A DNA stretch of 64,000 nt from Gemmatimonadota bacterium (GCA_036679605.1 JAZDCZ010000182.1:1-64000), one strand, 5' to 3'; counted from the first letter of the stretch, positions 43,318 to 53,208 are shown. Numbers and translations: made by a program. The notes: generated by a model not told the origin, from the letters alone.

Positions 43318-44376
43318 GTGACGACTACCCTCGGCGGCACCGACAACGTGCCGTTCCTCGCAGCCTGTCGCAGACAGCCGGTAACTCATACGCCTGTCTG
43401 GATCATGCGCCAGGCCGGTCGCTACCTGCCCGAATACCGCAAGGTGCGCGAGCGTGTCGATTTCTCCACCCTGACGAAAACACCCGACCTGGCGGCCGAA
43501 GTTACTCTTCAGCCGGTGCGCCGGTTCGACATGGATGCCGCGATTTTGTTTAGCGACATCATGACCCCCGTAGAGGGTATGGGCGTTGAGATCGAGTTTG
43601 CGCCGGGTCCCGTAGTGGCAGACCCTATCCGAAGTCGACGGCAAGTCGAGGCGCTCCGCGTTCCCGACCCCAACGAGAGTGTGCCGTTCGTAATGGATAC
43701 GATCCGCATTCTGCGTGAGTCCCTACCTAGGTCGGCTCCGCTCATCGGCTTCGCGGGAGCGCCGTTTACGATTTTCTGTTATCTGGTGCAAGGACAGGGA
43801 TCCAAAACCTTCATCGATGCACGGTCGTTTCTATTCTCCGAACCAGAAGTTGCCACACTGCTGCTGGAAAAACTGTCGGATACGATGACGGCATACCTGG
43901 CGGAACAAGCCCGCGCCGGCGCTCAGGCTCTAATGCTGTTTGATTCTTGGGTCGGAGTACTATCCCCCAACGAGTACACGAGGTTCGTGCTCCCGGTGGT
44001 TCGGCGAACCATCGATCGGCTCGCTCCACTCGGCGTACCGTTGATCTATTTTCCGAACCAGGGCGCTACCCTTCTGCCTCTGACCCCCGCAACCCACGCA
44101 GATGTCATAGGCATCGACTGGCGCATGCCGCTCTCCAAAGCGCGCACCACGTTAGGCAGCGACCTTGCCGTTCAGGGGAACCTCGACCCAGCCGCTCTGT
44201 TCGCACCACGCGATGAACTCAAACGTCTAATCGATCGCGTTCTCGCAGATGCGGGACCAGAACCAGGCCACATATTCAACCTCGGACACGGTATCGAACG
44301 GACGACCGATCCCGACGCGGTAGCATTGCTCGTTGACTACGTCCATGAGCGCACCCAACAGGGAGGTGGCCAGTAA
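43318..44376 (+). CDS. hemE: Uroporphyrinogen decarboxylase
   Basis: PVWIMRQAGRYLPEY, AILFSDI, QGNLDP, FNLGHG. Confidence 0.96.
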   Translation: MTTTLGGTDNVPFLAACRRQPVTHTPVWIMRQAGRYLPEYRKVRERVDFSTLTKTPDLAAEVTLQPVRRFDMDAAILFSDIMTPVEGMGVEIEFAPGPVVADPIRSRRQVEALRVPDPNESVPFVMDTIRILRESLPRSAPLIGFAGAPFTIFCYLVQGQGSKTFIDARSFLFSEPEVATLLLEKLSDTMTAYLAEQARAGAQALMLFDSWVGVLSPNEYTRFVLPVVRRTIDRLAPLGVPLIYFPNQGATLLPLTPATHADVIGIDWRMPLSKARTTLGSDLAVQGNLDPAALFAPRDELKRLIDRVLADAGPEPGHIFNLGHGIERTTDPDAVALLVDYVHERTQQGGGQ

Positions 44377-45767
44377 TGGCTCCATCTCCATATGCTGTCA
44401 GCGAAGATCTACTGCACCGCTTCGACAAGCCCGGCCCACGTTACACGTCGTACCCCACGGCTGTCGAGTTTGGTGATGACGTAGACATTGATGCCTATCG
44501 CTCAAAGCTGAAGGAAGCGGATGATCTTGGGTCCAACCCGCTCAGCCTATATGCTCACCTGCCGTTCTGTGAGCATCGTTGCCTCTTTTGCGGCTGCAAC
44601 GTTGTCATAACCCCGCACACAGAGATCGCCGACGAATACCTCGGCTACATCAAGCGCGAAGTCGATGCCGTCGCCACACTTCTACCAAACCGTCGACATG
44701 TAGCACAGATGCAATGGGGAGGTGGCACTCCGACCTATTACAGGGCGGAGCAAATCAAGGAATTGTTCGATCACCTCGCATCTTACTTCATATTCGACGA
44801 GGGGGCTGAGATCTCCATTGAAGTTGATCCTCGTGTAACTACGATGGATCAATTGGACACGATGGTGCAACTCGGGTTCAACAGACTGAGCATGGGCGTG
44901 CAGGATTTCACTCCCCACGTACAGGAACTCATCTCCCGCAACCAAACGTTCGAGCAGACAAGGCGACTAGTAGAACATGCGCGCTCGATCGGGTTTGCCG
45001 AAGGGATCAACCTAGATCTCATCTACGGATTGCCGGGTCAGCAGCTCGATACATTCGACGCCAGCCTCTCGCGCGTGCTCGAATTGCGACCCGACCGCGT
45101 GGCAGTGTATTCGTTTGCCTTTGTGCCGTGGATCAAGGGACACCAGCGGAAGATGGACAGCGAAGTACTCCCCTCCCCCGACTTGAAGGTCGCGCTTTAC
45201 TTACAGGCTATGGAACGGTTCCTCGGTGCCGGCTACGAGCCGATTGGCATGGATCACTTCGCGCTTCCCACCGACGAGCTGGCACGGGCAGCGGCTGCCC
45301 GCAAACTACATCGGAATTTTATGGGCTACACGGTCAAGCCGGCGGCAGACATGGTGGCGTTCGGTGTCTCGGGTATCGGTGATGTGTGCGGTGGCTATTT
45401 CCAGAACGTGAAGAAGTTATCGACCTACTACGCCGCTCTGGACGCCGGCACACTACCGACTGAACGTGGATATCTGTTGGACAATGATGACCTAATTCGT
45501 CGTACCGTGATCACCCAACTGATGTGCAATTGCTATATCGCTAAGCAAGACATCGCAGAGCAATTTGGTATAGACTTTGACGAGTACTTCGATTCTTCTC
45601 TCCAACAACTCGGTGAAGCGCGGGATGCTGAGCTAGTTAACCTGTCGGACGACGCAATAACCGTAACGGACCGGGGGCGGTTGTTCGTACGCAACATCTG
45701 CATGGCGTTTGACCGCTATCGCGAGGGCAAGGAAGACAGCAGTCCGATGTTTTCCCAAACCGTCTGA
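44376..45767 (+). CDS. hemN: Oxygen-independent coproporphyrinogen III oxidase (radical SAM)
   Basis: GPRYTSYPTA, CEHRCLFCGC, GGGTPT, IGMDHF, HRNFMGY. Confidence 0.95.
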   Translation: MAPSPYAVSEDLLHRFDKPGPRYTSYPTAVEFGDDVDIDAYRSKLKEADDLGSNPLSLYAHLPFCEHRCLFCGCNVVITPHTEIADEYLGYIKREVDAVATLLPNRRHVAQMQWGGGTPTYYRAEQIKELFDHLASYFIFDEGAEISIEVDPRVTTMDQLDTMVQLGFNRLSMGVQDFTPHVQELISRNQTFEQTRRLVEHARSIGFAEGINLDLIYGLPGQQLDTFDASLSRVLELRPDRVAVYSFAFVPWIKGHQRKMDSEVLPSPDLKVALYLQAMERFLGAGYEPIGMDHFALPTDELARAAAARKLHRNFMGYTVKPAADMVAFGVSGIGDVCGGYFQNVKKLSTYYAALDAGTLPTERGYLLDNDDLIRRTVITQLMCNCYIAKQDIAEQFGIDFDEYFDSSLQQLGEARDAELVNLSDDAITVTDRGRLFVRNICMAFDRYREGKEDSSPMFSQTV

Positions 45768-45783
45768 TCGAGTTGTCCGCGAC

Positions 45784-46920
45784 ATGACCACCGCATCCCA
45801 AACTACGTCCGCGCGGTCGATGGCTGGTAACGGACCGGACCGTGCGGACGTTGGTATCCTGTTGCTCAATATGGGCGGCCCCGAAAACCAGAGAGCCATT
45901 CGGCCTTTCCTCTATAACGTCTTCGCTGACCGACAGATCATCCAACTTCCTGGCGGGGCGATTGGGCAGTACTTGTTGAGTCGCATCATCGTCAACGCGC
46001 GTCTCCGCAAGGCAAAGGAAAACTACCGCAAGATCGGCGGCGGTTCACCGATCGTACACTGGACGACTCTCCAGATGGAGGGGATGCAACGACGTCTCAA
46101 TGAGCGGTCAGAAAATCCTCCGAAGGTCGGGATGGCAATGCGGTACTGGCATCCCGGCGCAGAGGAGGCGCTGACGTGCATGGATGCCGCAGGCGTCAGG
46201 CGCATGATCGGCCTCACCCTGTATCCCCATTTCACGAACGCCACAACCGGCAGCAGCCAAGACGATCTCATTGCCGCACGCGACAAGCTCGCACTGGACA
46301 TGCCCATTTCGTTTGTCAGCAAGTGGTACGATCACTCAGGTTATCTCGACCTCTGGGCGCATAAAATCCAATCCGCACTGGCGGCTCTCGAGCAGCCCGT
46401 CAGAGAGCGTGTTCAACTGTTGGTTTCCGCACATGGTCTACCCGAAAGATTTGTGAGGCGAGGTGACCCCTACGTAGAGCACATCAAGGCTACGATGGCG
46501 GGTGTGCTGGAACGACTGGACGATCCGCCCAATGCACATCTGGGTTTCCAGAGCCGCGCCGGTCCCGTGCGGTGGATCGGGCCCCAAACGCAAGATGTTA
46601 TCAGCGAACTCGCGCGTGCCGGCCACGACGCGCTGCTCGTTTGGCCCATCGCTTTCGTATCTGATCACATCGAGACCACCTACGAAGTCGGAATGTTGTT
46701 CAGGGATGCCGCTACGGAAGCGGGGATCACAGAGTATCACGTGGTGCCGTCGTTTAACGATGACCCCGGGCTGTGGACGGTGCTCGCCGATTTGGTGGAC
46801 TCACACATGGACAAGCTCGACGAGGTACCCACTCGCGCTCCACCTCAAGAACCACGGGCTCGAAGTCACCCTGCTGGAGGCGCACAACAGAGTTGGCGGA
46901 AACATTCAGACAGACCGTGA
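45784..46920 (+). CDS. hemH: Ferrochelatase; C-terminus apparently extended by a deletion junction
   Basis: LLNMGGP, GGGSPI, MRYWHP, SAHGLP, FVSDHIET; last ~30 aa read out of frame through hemY sequence. Confidence 0.92.
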   Translation: MTTASQTTSARSMAGNGPDRADVGILLLNMGGPENQRAIRPFLYNVFADRQIIQLPGGAIGQYLLSRIIVNARLRKAKENYRKIGGGSPIVHWTTLQMEGMQRRLNERSENPPKVGMAMRYWHPGAEEALTCMDAAGVRRMIGLTLYPHFTNATTGSSQDDLIAARDKLALDMPISFVSKWYDHSGYLDLWAHKIQSALAALEQPVRERVQLLVSAHGLPERFVRRGDPYVEHIKATMAGVLERLDDPPNAHLGFQSRAGPVRWIGPQTQDVISELARAGHDALLVWPIAFVSDHIETTYEVGMLFRDAATEAGITEYHVVPSFNDDPGLWTVLADLVDSHMDKLDEVPTRAPPQEPRARSHPAGGAQQSWRKHSDRP

Positions 46921-48145
46921 TGACGGCTGGATCATCGAACGCGCCGCCAACGGGTATCTCGACAACGCGCCCGACACCGAGCACTTGGTCAACAGTCTTG
47001 GATTGAAGCGACAGGTCCGGAAGGCGGACGAACGAGCTGCCAAGCGCTTTCTCTACCGCAACGGCCAATTGCACCTACTGCCCACGGGACCCTTGAGTTT
47101 CATGCGCAGTTCCGTGTTGAGCCCCACCGGTCGCCTGCGCGTGTTGCTGGAGCCACTGCTTGGCAATGGCAACCCAACGGGCGCCGACCGCACCGTCTAC
47201 GAGTTCGCGCGCAGCCACATAGGACATGAGGCCGCGACGATTCTGGTCGATGCGATGGTATCGGGTGTCTTCGCAGGTAACATCCACGAACTGAGCCTCA
47301 AGAGCACGTTCCCAAAAATGGCCGACATGGAGGCCAAGTACGGCAGTCTCGTGAAGGCAATGATCGCGCGGAGAAAACAGAAGTCGGGTGGTCCCGCCGG
47401 ACCGGGCGGCACTCTCACATCATTCGGCAACGGATTGGACACCCTGATCGCTGCACTGGCCAAGGCGTTGGGCGATTCGATTCGCGTCGCAACGTCGGTG
47501 GATGCCATCGAGCGCGCTACCCCTTGGAGCGTAGTGTTGGCCTCGGGAGACACGGTCGAAGCAGACGCAGTGCTGCTGGCGACGCCGGCAAGCGGCGCGT
47601 CCCGGCTGCTTGCGAGGATCGACGCCGAGGTCAGCACGACATTGTCGGCCATCGGCTCAGCAAGCCTGGCTGTAGTAGCACTGGGATACGATGCGGATAA
47701 GATTGGCGGTGCGCCCGATGGTTTTGGATTCTTAGTGCCACGCAAACAGGGTTTACGTATGCTCGGCTGTCTCTGGGACTCGAGCCTGTTTCCCGGTCGA
47801 GCGCCCGACGGCAAGGTGCTGTTGCGGGTGATGATCGGAGGTGCGCACGACGCCGACATCGTCGACCTCGCCGACGAAGCTATGCTCGACGTCGTGACAC
47901 GTGAGCTTCGGACCACCATGGCGATCACTGCCACACCCATCCTGTCCCGCATTTACCGCCACAAGGCCGGCATCGCTCAGTACACCGTGGGGCACCAGGA
48001 GCGCATTGACAACATCGAGCGACGACTCGCGGCAGACCTGCCCGGCATATGGGTCGCTGGGAGTTCGTACTACGGCGTAAGCATGAACGCGTGTATCGAG
48101 CGAGCGAACAAACAGGCGCAAGAAATCATCCATGCGCTCGCGTAG
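46832..48145 (+). pseudogene. hemY: HemY/HemG-type FAD protoporphyrinogen/coproporphyrinogen oxidase lacking start codon and GxGxxG motif
   Basis: Homology begins abruptly at LALHLKNHGLEVTLLEA...VGG; later motifs intact (SGVFAG, GFGFLVP, QYTVGH, AGSSYYGVSMNAC). Confidence 0.75.
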
Positions 48146-49163
48146 ACGACTATTGGTAGCGGTCTTCGCCATCTTGGCTATTGCCGCCTTCGGGGCCGAC
48201 ACAGCTCGGCGCAATCGTGTCGTTTGGGTAGAGCGGGAAACCGTTCTGATGGGAACCTATCTGCACATATCCCTAGCCGTGCAGGAGCGCGATACCGGCA
48301 TCCGCATAATCGAAGAGGTGTTTGATGCGGTGGAAAGCGCCGACGCCTTGATCTCGAGCTGGCGTGACGACAGCCAGATCGGAACACTCAACGCAGCGTC
48401 GGCGGGCGAGCGCGTTCAGATTTCACCCAAACTCGTGACATTGCTCGGCGAACTCGCTGATTGGGTTCAAAGTACGCAGGGTGCATTCGATCCTGTAATC
48501 GGATCGTTAATCGACGCGTGGGATCTGAGAGGCGACGGCCGGTTGCCGGACGCTATCACGCTGAGGAGGGCACTCACTGCGTCAGGCTTCGAAAACATAA
48601 GTGTAGACAACAACACTGCAACTGCCCGACGGTCCTCAGCAGCGACTTGGCTCGATGCGGGCGCGTTCGGCAAAGGCTACGCGCTGCGTGACGTGGCCCA
48701 GGTGCTGCGCGAACACGGTGTCAAGTCGGCGCTGATCGATTTCGGCGGACAGGCACTTGCGATCGGTGACGCCGAGTCAAACGACCGATGGACAATCGGA
48801 GTGGCGAATCCGATCAAACGAGATCAGTCGGTCGCGGTACTCCGAATACGTGATGAATCTGTGGCCACGTCAAGCCAATCGGAACGCTTCATCGAGGTTG
48901 CCGGCAAACGCTTTGGGCACGTGCTCGACCCGCGCACCGGACAACCTGTAGAGCCCTGGGGTAGCGTTACGGTCGTCGCGCAGGATCCCATGATCGCCGA
49001 CATACTCTCCACCGCACTGTTCGTCCTCGGCGCCGAGGTAGCTGAGCAATGGGCCCGCGACCGGACAGATATCGGCGTCTTGATTTCGGTCAACAGTGAT
49101 GATGGCGTTGAGTTCACCTGGAACAAACACCTGGACCCCTACTTCGAACCTCGCGAACACTGA
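48132..49163 (+). CDS. apbE: FAD:protein FMN transferase
   Basis: LMGT, GAFDP, DAGAFGKGYA, VATSS, HVLDPRTG, ADILSTA. Confidence 0.92.
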   Translation: MRSRRRLLVAVFAILAIAAFGADTARRNRVVWVERETVLMGTYLHISLAVQERDTGIRIIEEVFDAVESADALISSWRDDSQIGTLNAASAGERVQISPKLVTLLGELADWVQSTQGAFDPVIGSLIDAWDLRGDGRLPDAITLRRALTASGFENISVDNNTATARRSSAATWLDAGAFGKGYALRDVAQVLREHGVKSALIDFGGQALAIGDAESNDRWTIGVANPIKRDQSVAVLRIRDESVATSSQSERFIEVAGKRFGHVLDPRTGQPVEPWGSVTVVAQDPMIADILSTALFVLGAEVAEQWARDRTDIGVLISVNSDDGVEFTWNKHLDPYFEPREH

Positions 49164-49204
49164 CCCACCTGCCTCTCTCGAAAGTCTAATCCTCCCACAA
49201 AGCT

Positions 49205-49266
49205 TTGACAAAAGGAGGACAACTAGGTACAATTAACACGATTAAGATGAGATTGAGTCTCAATTG
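49205..49266 (+). promoter_or_regulatory. Near-consensus sigma70 promoter followed by a Fur-type 7-1-7 box
   Basis: TTGACA(49205)-N17-TACAAT(49228); TGAGATT-G-AGTCTCA at 49248-49262. Confidence 0.75.
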
Positions 49267-49314
49267 CATTTAGTCTTGAGACCGACTACGAATACGAAAG
49301 GCTTAGACGACATC

Positions 49315-50649
49315 ATGATATTCGCACACCGTTCACACGGCATTGCGATCCTGGCGCTCGTTACGGTACTCACGAGCATAGATGGAGTTAATGCAGCGTA
49401 CGCACAAAACCGCGACAGCCTGGAGATAGAGAAGCTCAAGCAGCAAGTACAAGCGATTTCGCGGCAACTCGAAGAACTCCAGCTGGGATCCGAAGTGGTT
49501 GCCATGGCTGACACCAGCGCCTACGGCTTCGGGCCCGCCGCATCCAAGATCTATAAGATCAACCAGGGCGTCTCAATCGGCGGGTACGGGGAAGTCCTGT
49601 ATGAAAACTTCTCGAAAGAATTGGAAGACGGAACACGGGCGGGCAAGACCGACAAACTCGATGCTCTGCGCGCAATCATATACGTCGGCTACAAGTTCAA
49701 CGACCGCATACTGTTTAACTCCGAGATCGAGGTGGAGCATGCATCGAGTGGGCAGGCCGGTGAAGTTTCACTCGAGTTTGCATACATCGACTACCGGTTT
49801 AGCGATGTAATCGGTCTGAGAGCCGGTCTCTTGCTCGCACCTCTGGGGTTTCTCAACGAGATGCACGAGCCTCCGACATTCCTCGGCACGAAGCGTCCCG
49901 AGACCGAGCAAAAGATCATACCTTCGACCTGGCGTGAGGCCGGCGTGGGCCTCTTCGGTGAAGTCGGTCGCCTCTCGTTCAGGGGATACCTGATGAGTGG
50001 GTTCGATGCGGTGGGCGGCGGCACGTCCAAGGCCAGTGGATTCTCCTCATCCGGGATCCGCGGCGGCCGCCAGAACGGATCCAAATCGGTCGCCGAAAAC
50101 TTTGCTGTGGCCGCACGCCTAGACTTTGCGGCGTACCCCGGACTCAGCATTGGAACCTCGGCGTACTATGGCAAGTCGGGACAGGATACGCCCGTAGTGT
50201 CCGATCCAACAAGATCGATCGATGGCGGCACATTCATCTGGGACGGACACGCGCAATACAAGGCTCACGGCTGGGATCTGCGAGGCCTCATTGCGGTCGC
50301 TACCGTTGACGACGTCGCCGAGATCAACGAAGCAAAGGCATTAACAGGGGCCCAGTCGGTCGGAGAGCGCTTGGTCGGCGGATATGTGCAATTGGGGTAC
50401 GATGTTCTGCGATCGGTACAGACCGAGCATCAATTCATTCCGTACATCAGGTACGAGCAGGTGAATACTCAGGATGACGTACCGACCGGTTTCGCGGCGG
50501 ATCCCGCCAACGACATCGAGCTGATTACCCTAGGCGCAGCTTGGAAACCAATAGGCAACATCGTATTCAAGGCCGATTATCAGATCAGGAACAACGAGGC
50601 GAGCACGGGATTGAATCAATTCAACCTTGCGCTCGGTTATCTGTTTTAG
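49315..50649 (+). CDS. Outer-membrane beta-barrel (porin-like) protein
   Basis: Signal peptide, short coiled coil, IGGYGE, NSEIEVEHA, HEPPTF, C-terminal LGYLF. Confidence 0.8.
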   Translation: MIFAHRSHGIAILALVTVLTSIDGVNAAYAQNRDSLEIEKLKQQVQAISRQLEELQLGSEVVAMADTSAYGFGPAASKIYKINQGVSIGGYGEVLYENFSKELEDGTRAGKTDKLDALRAIIYVGYKFNDRILFNSEIEVEHASSGQAGEVSLEFAYIDYRFSDVIGLRAGLLLAPLGFLNEMHEPPTFLGTKRPETEQKIIPSTWREAGVGLFGEVGRLSFRGYLMSGFDAVGGGTSKASGFSSSGIRGGRQNGSKSVAENFAVAARLDFAAYPGLSIGTSAYYGKSGQDTPVVSDPTRSIDGGTFIWDGHAQYKAHGWDLRGLIAVATVDDVAEINEAKALTGAQSVGERLVGGYVQLGYDVLRSVQTEHQFIPYIRYEQVNTQDDVPTGFAADPANDIELITLGAAWKPIGNIVFKADYQIRNNEASTGLNQFNLALGYLF

Positions 50650-50656
50650 GGACCGG

Positions 50657-51223
50657 ATGCTGACACCTTACGCTAAGACGATGACGGCGCTGACAATTTC
50701 TGTCTTCGCCACGCCACCGCAGCTGGTTGCACGCCAGCAACTGAACCAAGAAGAATCTCTCGCGTTGGCGTTCGGCAAGGCGGCGGCGGTGGAACGACAC
50801 ACGGCCTACCTGACCGATGGCCAGCTGGACAGCGCACGAGTTCTCGCCGGTCCGGGCGTCGAATTGCGACAGTCGGTTGTGACCTTCTACGTTGCACGAG
50901 ACAGCACGTCGACGTTGGGTGCTGCGTACTTCGATGTGCACAAGGTGCGCACACTCACTGAGGTATTGATGGTTGTGGTATCGCCGGAGAATGAGATCTC
51001 TCACATCGAGGTACTCAAGTTTCGCGAGCCACCGGACTACCGAGCCCCCAAGAACTGGTTGGCGCGGTTTGCCGGTTCGGCTCTTTCGAAGGACTTATCG
51101 CTCAAGGGCAAGGTCGTTACCGTCACCGGGGCCACGTTAACATCGAGGGCGGTGACGAACGCCGCGCGGCGGGTGCTGGCACTTCATGAAGTGATCCAGC
51201 CGTTCGCCACAGAGGGAAGTTGA
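50657..51223 (+). CDS. Exported FMN-binding domain protein (ApbE substrate)
   Basis: VTGATLTS flavinylation motif ([S/T]GA[S/T]); FREPPDY. Confidence 0.8.
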   Translation: MLTPYAKTMTALTISVFATPPQLVARQQLNQEESLALAFGKAAAVERHTAYLTDGQLDSARVLAGPGVELRQSVVTFYVARDSTSTLGAAYFDVHKVRTLTEVLMVVVSPENEISHIEVLKFREPPDYRAPKNWLARFAGSALSKDLSLKGKVVTVTGATLTSRAVTNAARRVLALHEVIQPFATEGS

Positions 51224-51225
51224 AA

Positions 51226-51735
51226 ATGCCTATTTCCAAATTCGAGCGAATATTCTTGCTCGCCACGACGCTAGCCACCACGGTAACGGGAGTAATCTAC
51301 CTCTGGATGAAATATTTCATGGAATCGGTGGAGCAGTTTGCCGTGATCAATCATCCGTTACAACCCTGGGTGCTCAAGGCGCATATCTTGGTCGCCCCGC
51401 TACTCGTGTTTGCGATCGGGGGCCTGGCGGTCAAACACGTTTGGCACCAGTGGCGCGGCGGAATACGAAAAGGTGTGAAGAGCGGACTGATTACCACCGG
51501 TGTCATCGCGCCGATGGTACTTAGCGGCTACCTAATTCAAGCGATCACACACGAAGGTGCTCTCAAGATCGTCGCCCTATCTCACATCGGATTCGGGCTC
51601 ATCTACGCGCTAGGGTTTGGGCTGCACAAATTTTTGGTCGGCATCAAGCAGAGCGACGAGGAATCGCTACTCAGATTGCCACGGGCTAAGCAGGCAAGAA
51701 GCCGAGGACAGAAGGAGGATCGGGACGCGGCGTGA
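51226..51735 (+). CDS. Four-helix membrane protein with His residues (possible haem-b binder)
   Basis: Four hydrophobic segments; His in LKAH, VKHV, LSHI, GLHK. Confidence 0.7.
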   Translation: MPISKFERIFLLATTLATTVTGVIYLWMKYFMESVEQFAVINHPLQPWVLKAHILVAPLLVFAIGGLAVKHVWHQWRGGIRKGVKSGLITTGVIAPMVLSGYLIQAITHEGALKIVALSHIGFGLIYALGFGLHKFLVGIKQSDEESLLRLPRAKQARSRGQKEDRDAA

Positions 51736-51741
51736 GCCCTG

Positions 51742-52311
51742 CTATCCGACGAGCCTTAGGAGCGCCGCCATCGAGATCATCGAGGCCAGGTAGATACCGA
51801 CCATCCACTTGATCAGACTGACTTTCTGAACCGAAATTGTACGATCGAGCTGTGCCTGCATCGTCTCGAAACGATCGTTCATCCCCCGCTCCAACCGCTT
51901 GAAATCCGCTCGTAGTCCCGCAAACTGAGATTCTAGAGCATTCATTCGCTCAGTCAGCGTTTTCTCCAACGCAGCCATTTGGACGTTCAGCTTCTGTTCC
52001 AACTCCTCCATTCGCCCAGTCAGCGTTTTCTCCAACGCAACCATTCTGACGTTCAGCTTCTGTTCCAGCGCCGCCATTTGGGCGTTGAGTTTGGCCTCGA
52101 ATTCGGCGAGGCGCCGATCCAATGCAGCCGAAAACTCTGCGAGCCGCTGCTCCATCTTGGCATCGGAGCGCGCAAAGTTGAGTTCGTTGAACTCTCTCAG
52201 ATCGGATCTATACGTGGCATCCACCTGGTTGAGCCAATCTACCAATTCGTTGGTTACCTGTTCGCCAAATTTTTCGTAGAACTGCTTGGATAGCTTACCC
52301 ATTACGGGCAT
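51742..52311 (-). CDS. Coiled-coil protein with C-terminal membrane anchor (DUF1640-like)
   Basis: FYEKFGEQVTNELVDWLN head; 22-aa repeat LEQKLNVxMxALEKTLTxRM twice; LIKWMVG hydrophobic tail. Confidence 0.78.
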   Translation of the reverse strand: MPVMGKLSKQFYEKFGEQVTNELVDWLNQVDATYRSDLREFNELNFARSDAKMEQRLAEFSAALDRRLAEFEAKLNAQMAALEQKLNVRMVALEKTLTGRMEELEQKLNVQMAALEKTLTERMNALESQFAGLRADFKRLERGMNDRFETMQAQLDRTISVQKVSLIKWMVGIYLASMISMAALLRLVG

Positions 52312-52397
52312 AGGCGGAACCCTCACAAAATAAGTCCGCCAAGACCCTATAACATAAGCTCGGTAAGTCCGTCATCAAAGCAGCGCATGTAGTACCA

Positions 52398-52462
52398 TTC
52401 TACCGCCCTGTCTTATCGCGCTGTTTTGCCGCCCTTTTCTACCGCCCAGTTCTACCGCCCTC
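52398..52462 (+). repeat. Five tandem 13-bp repeats, consensus TTCTACCGCCCTG
   Basis: ttctaccgccctg tcttatcgcgctg ttttgccgccctt ttctaccgcccag ttctaccgccctc. Confidence 0.88.
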
Positions 52463-52464
52463 CC

Positions 52465-52959
52465 TCACCCAACAAAAGCCGCAAGCTCGTGCCAGTGCGA
52501 CAGATCCCAAAACTTCCGCGCAGCACCCGACGTTGACGGCAATACGAATACCGCCGACGCGCCTATCGATGCGGGCTGGCGCCCGTAGCTCACGGTCGGA
52601 CTACCCAAGAACACTCCTGCCGCGCGCTTCCCGTTGAACGCCACCGCACGCGGCGAGAACTTTTCAATTCTAGTCCTGAAGCCGGCGGGATCGAAGTCGT
52701 CGGACCTCAGAACCGCGTCGCTGCCGGATGCGTGCTTGGCCAGATCTGTAAAGCCGATGCCGTAGTCGATAAGGCATCGAAACTCCTGCGGATCGAACTC
52801 TCTGGGTGTAAGTCCAACCTCATGCAGCGTCGCCCAAAAACGATTGCCCGGCCCAGCATAGTATGCACCGACCGCCGCCGATTTCGATCCCGCGGCGGTT
52901 CCGCAGAATACTATCTTGAGGTCAGGTGCAAGGATGTCGGGTAAGACATGTTGCTTCAC
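52465..52959 (-). CDS. mug: Mismatch-specific uracil-DNA glycosylase
   Basis: LPDILAPDL, YYAGPGNRFW, GFTDL, AFNGK, LPSTSGA; GGGGAG RBS before GTG 52959. Confidence 0.88.
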   Translation of the reverse strand: MKQHVLPDILAPDLKIVFCGTAAGSKSAAVGAYYAGPGNRFWATLHEVGLTPREFDPQEFRCLIDYGIGFTDLAKHASGSDAVLRSDDFDPAGFRTRIEKFSPRAVAFNGKRAAGVFLGSPTVSYGRQPASIGASAVFVLPSTSGAARKFWDLSHWHELAAFVG

Positions 52960-53115
52960 TTGTTGGCTCCCCCGCAAATTTCCGCACCACTCGGCGTTAT
53001 TCTGGTTATTCACTCCGTTACCGAATCCTCTATGGTGTTCTCGCGGCTCGGCAAATAGGTGTGAAATCACGCGTCTAAGCCTTCTGGGTTACCAGGGTTC
53101 GTCGTCAATTTGGGT

Positions 53116-53201
53116 GCTGGCGTGGCGAAAATGGTAGACGCGGCAGGCTCACACCCTGTTGGGCGAAAGCCCTTGTGAGTTCGAATCTCACCGCCAGCAC
53201 C
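53116..53201 (+). tRNA. Class II tRNA with leucine-type body and CAC (Val) anticodon
   Basis: Acceptor GCTGGCG/CGCCAGC + A73; D arm GCG-AAAATGGTAGA-CGC; anticodon arm GCAGG-CTCACAC-CCTGT; variable arm GGGC-GAAA-GCCC; T arm GTGAG-TTCGAAT-CTCAC; ends ACC (CCA not fully encoded). Confidence 0.93.
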
Positions 53202-53208
53202 GCCGCAC

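Noticed and set aside
46502..46831. ORF-track N-terminal extension of hemY
   Set aside because: Out-of-frame reading of hemH with no oxidase-like sequence.
52398..52462. Possible CRISPR mini-array
   Set aside because: Units are 13 bp and abutting with no spacers; no cas genes in the window.
53116..53201. Genome-wide reassignment of GUG to Leu
   Set aside because: GTG alternates with GTA/GTC at an equivalent Val position (K-V-L) in the kinase paralogues.
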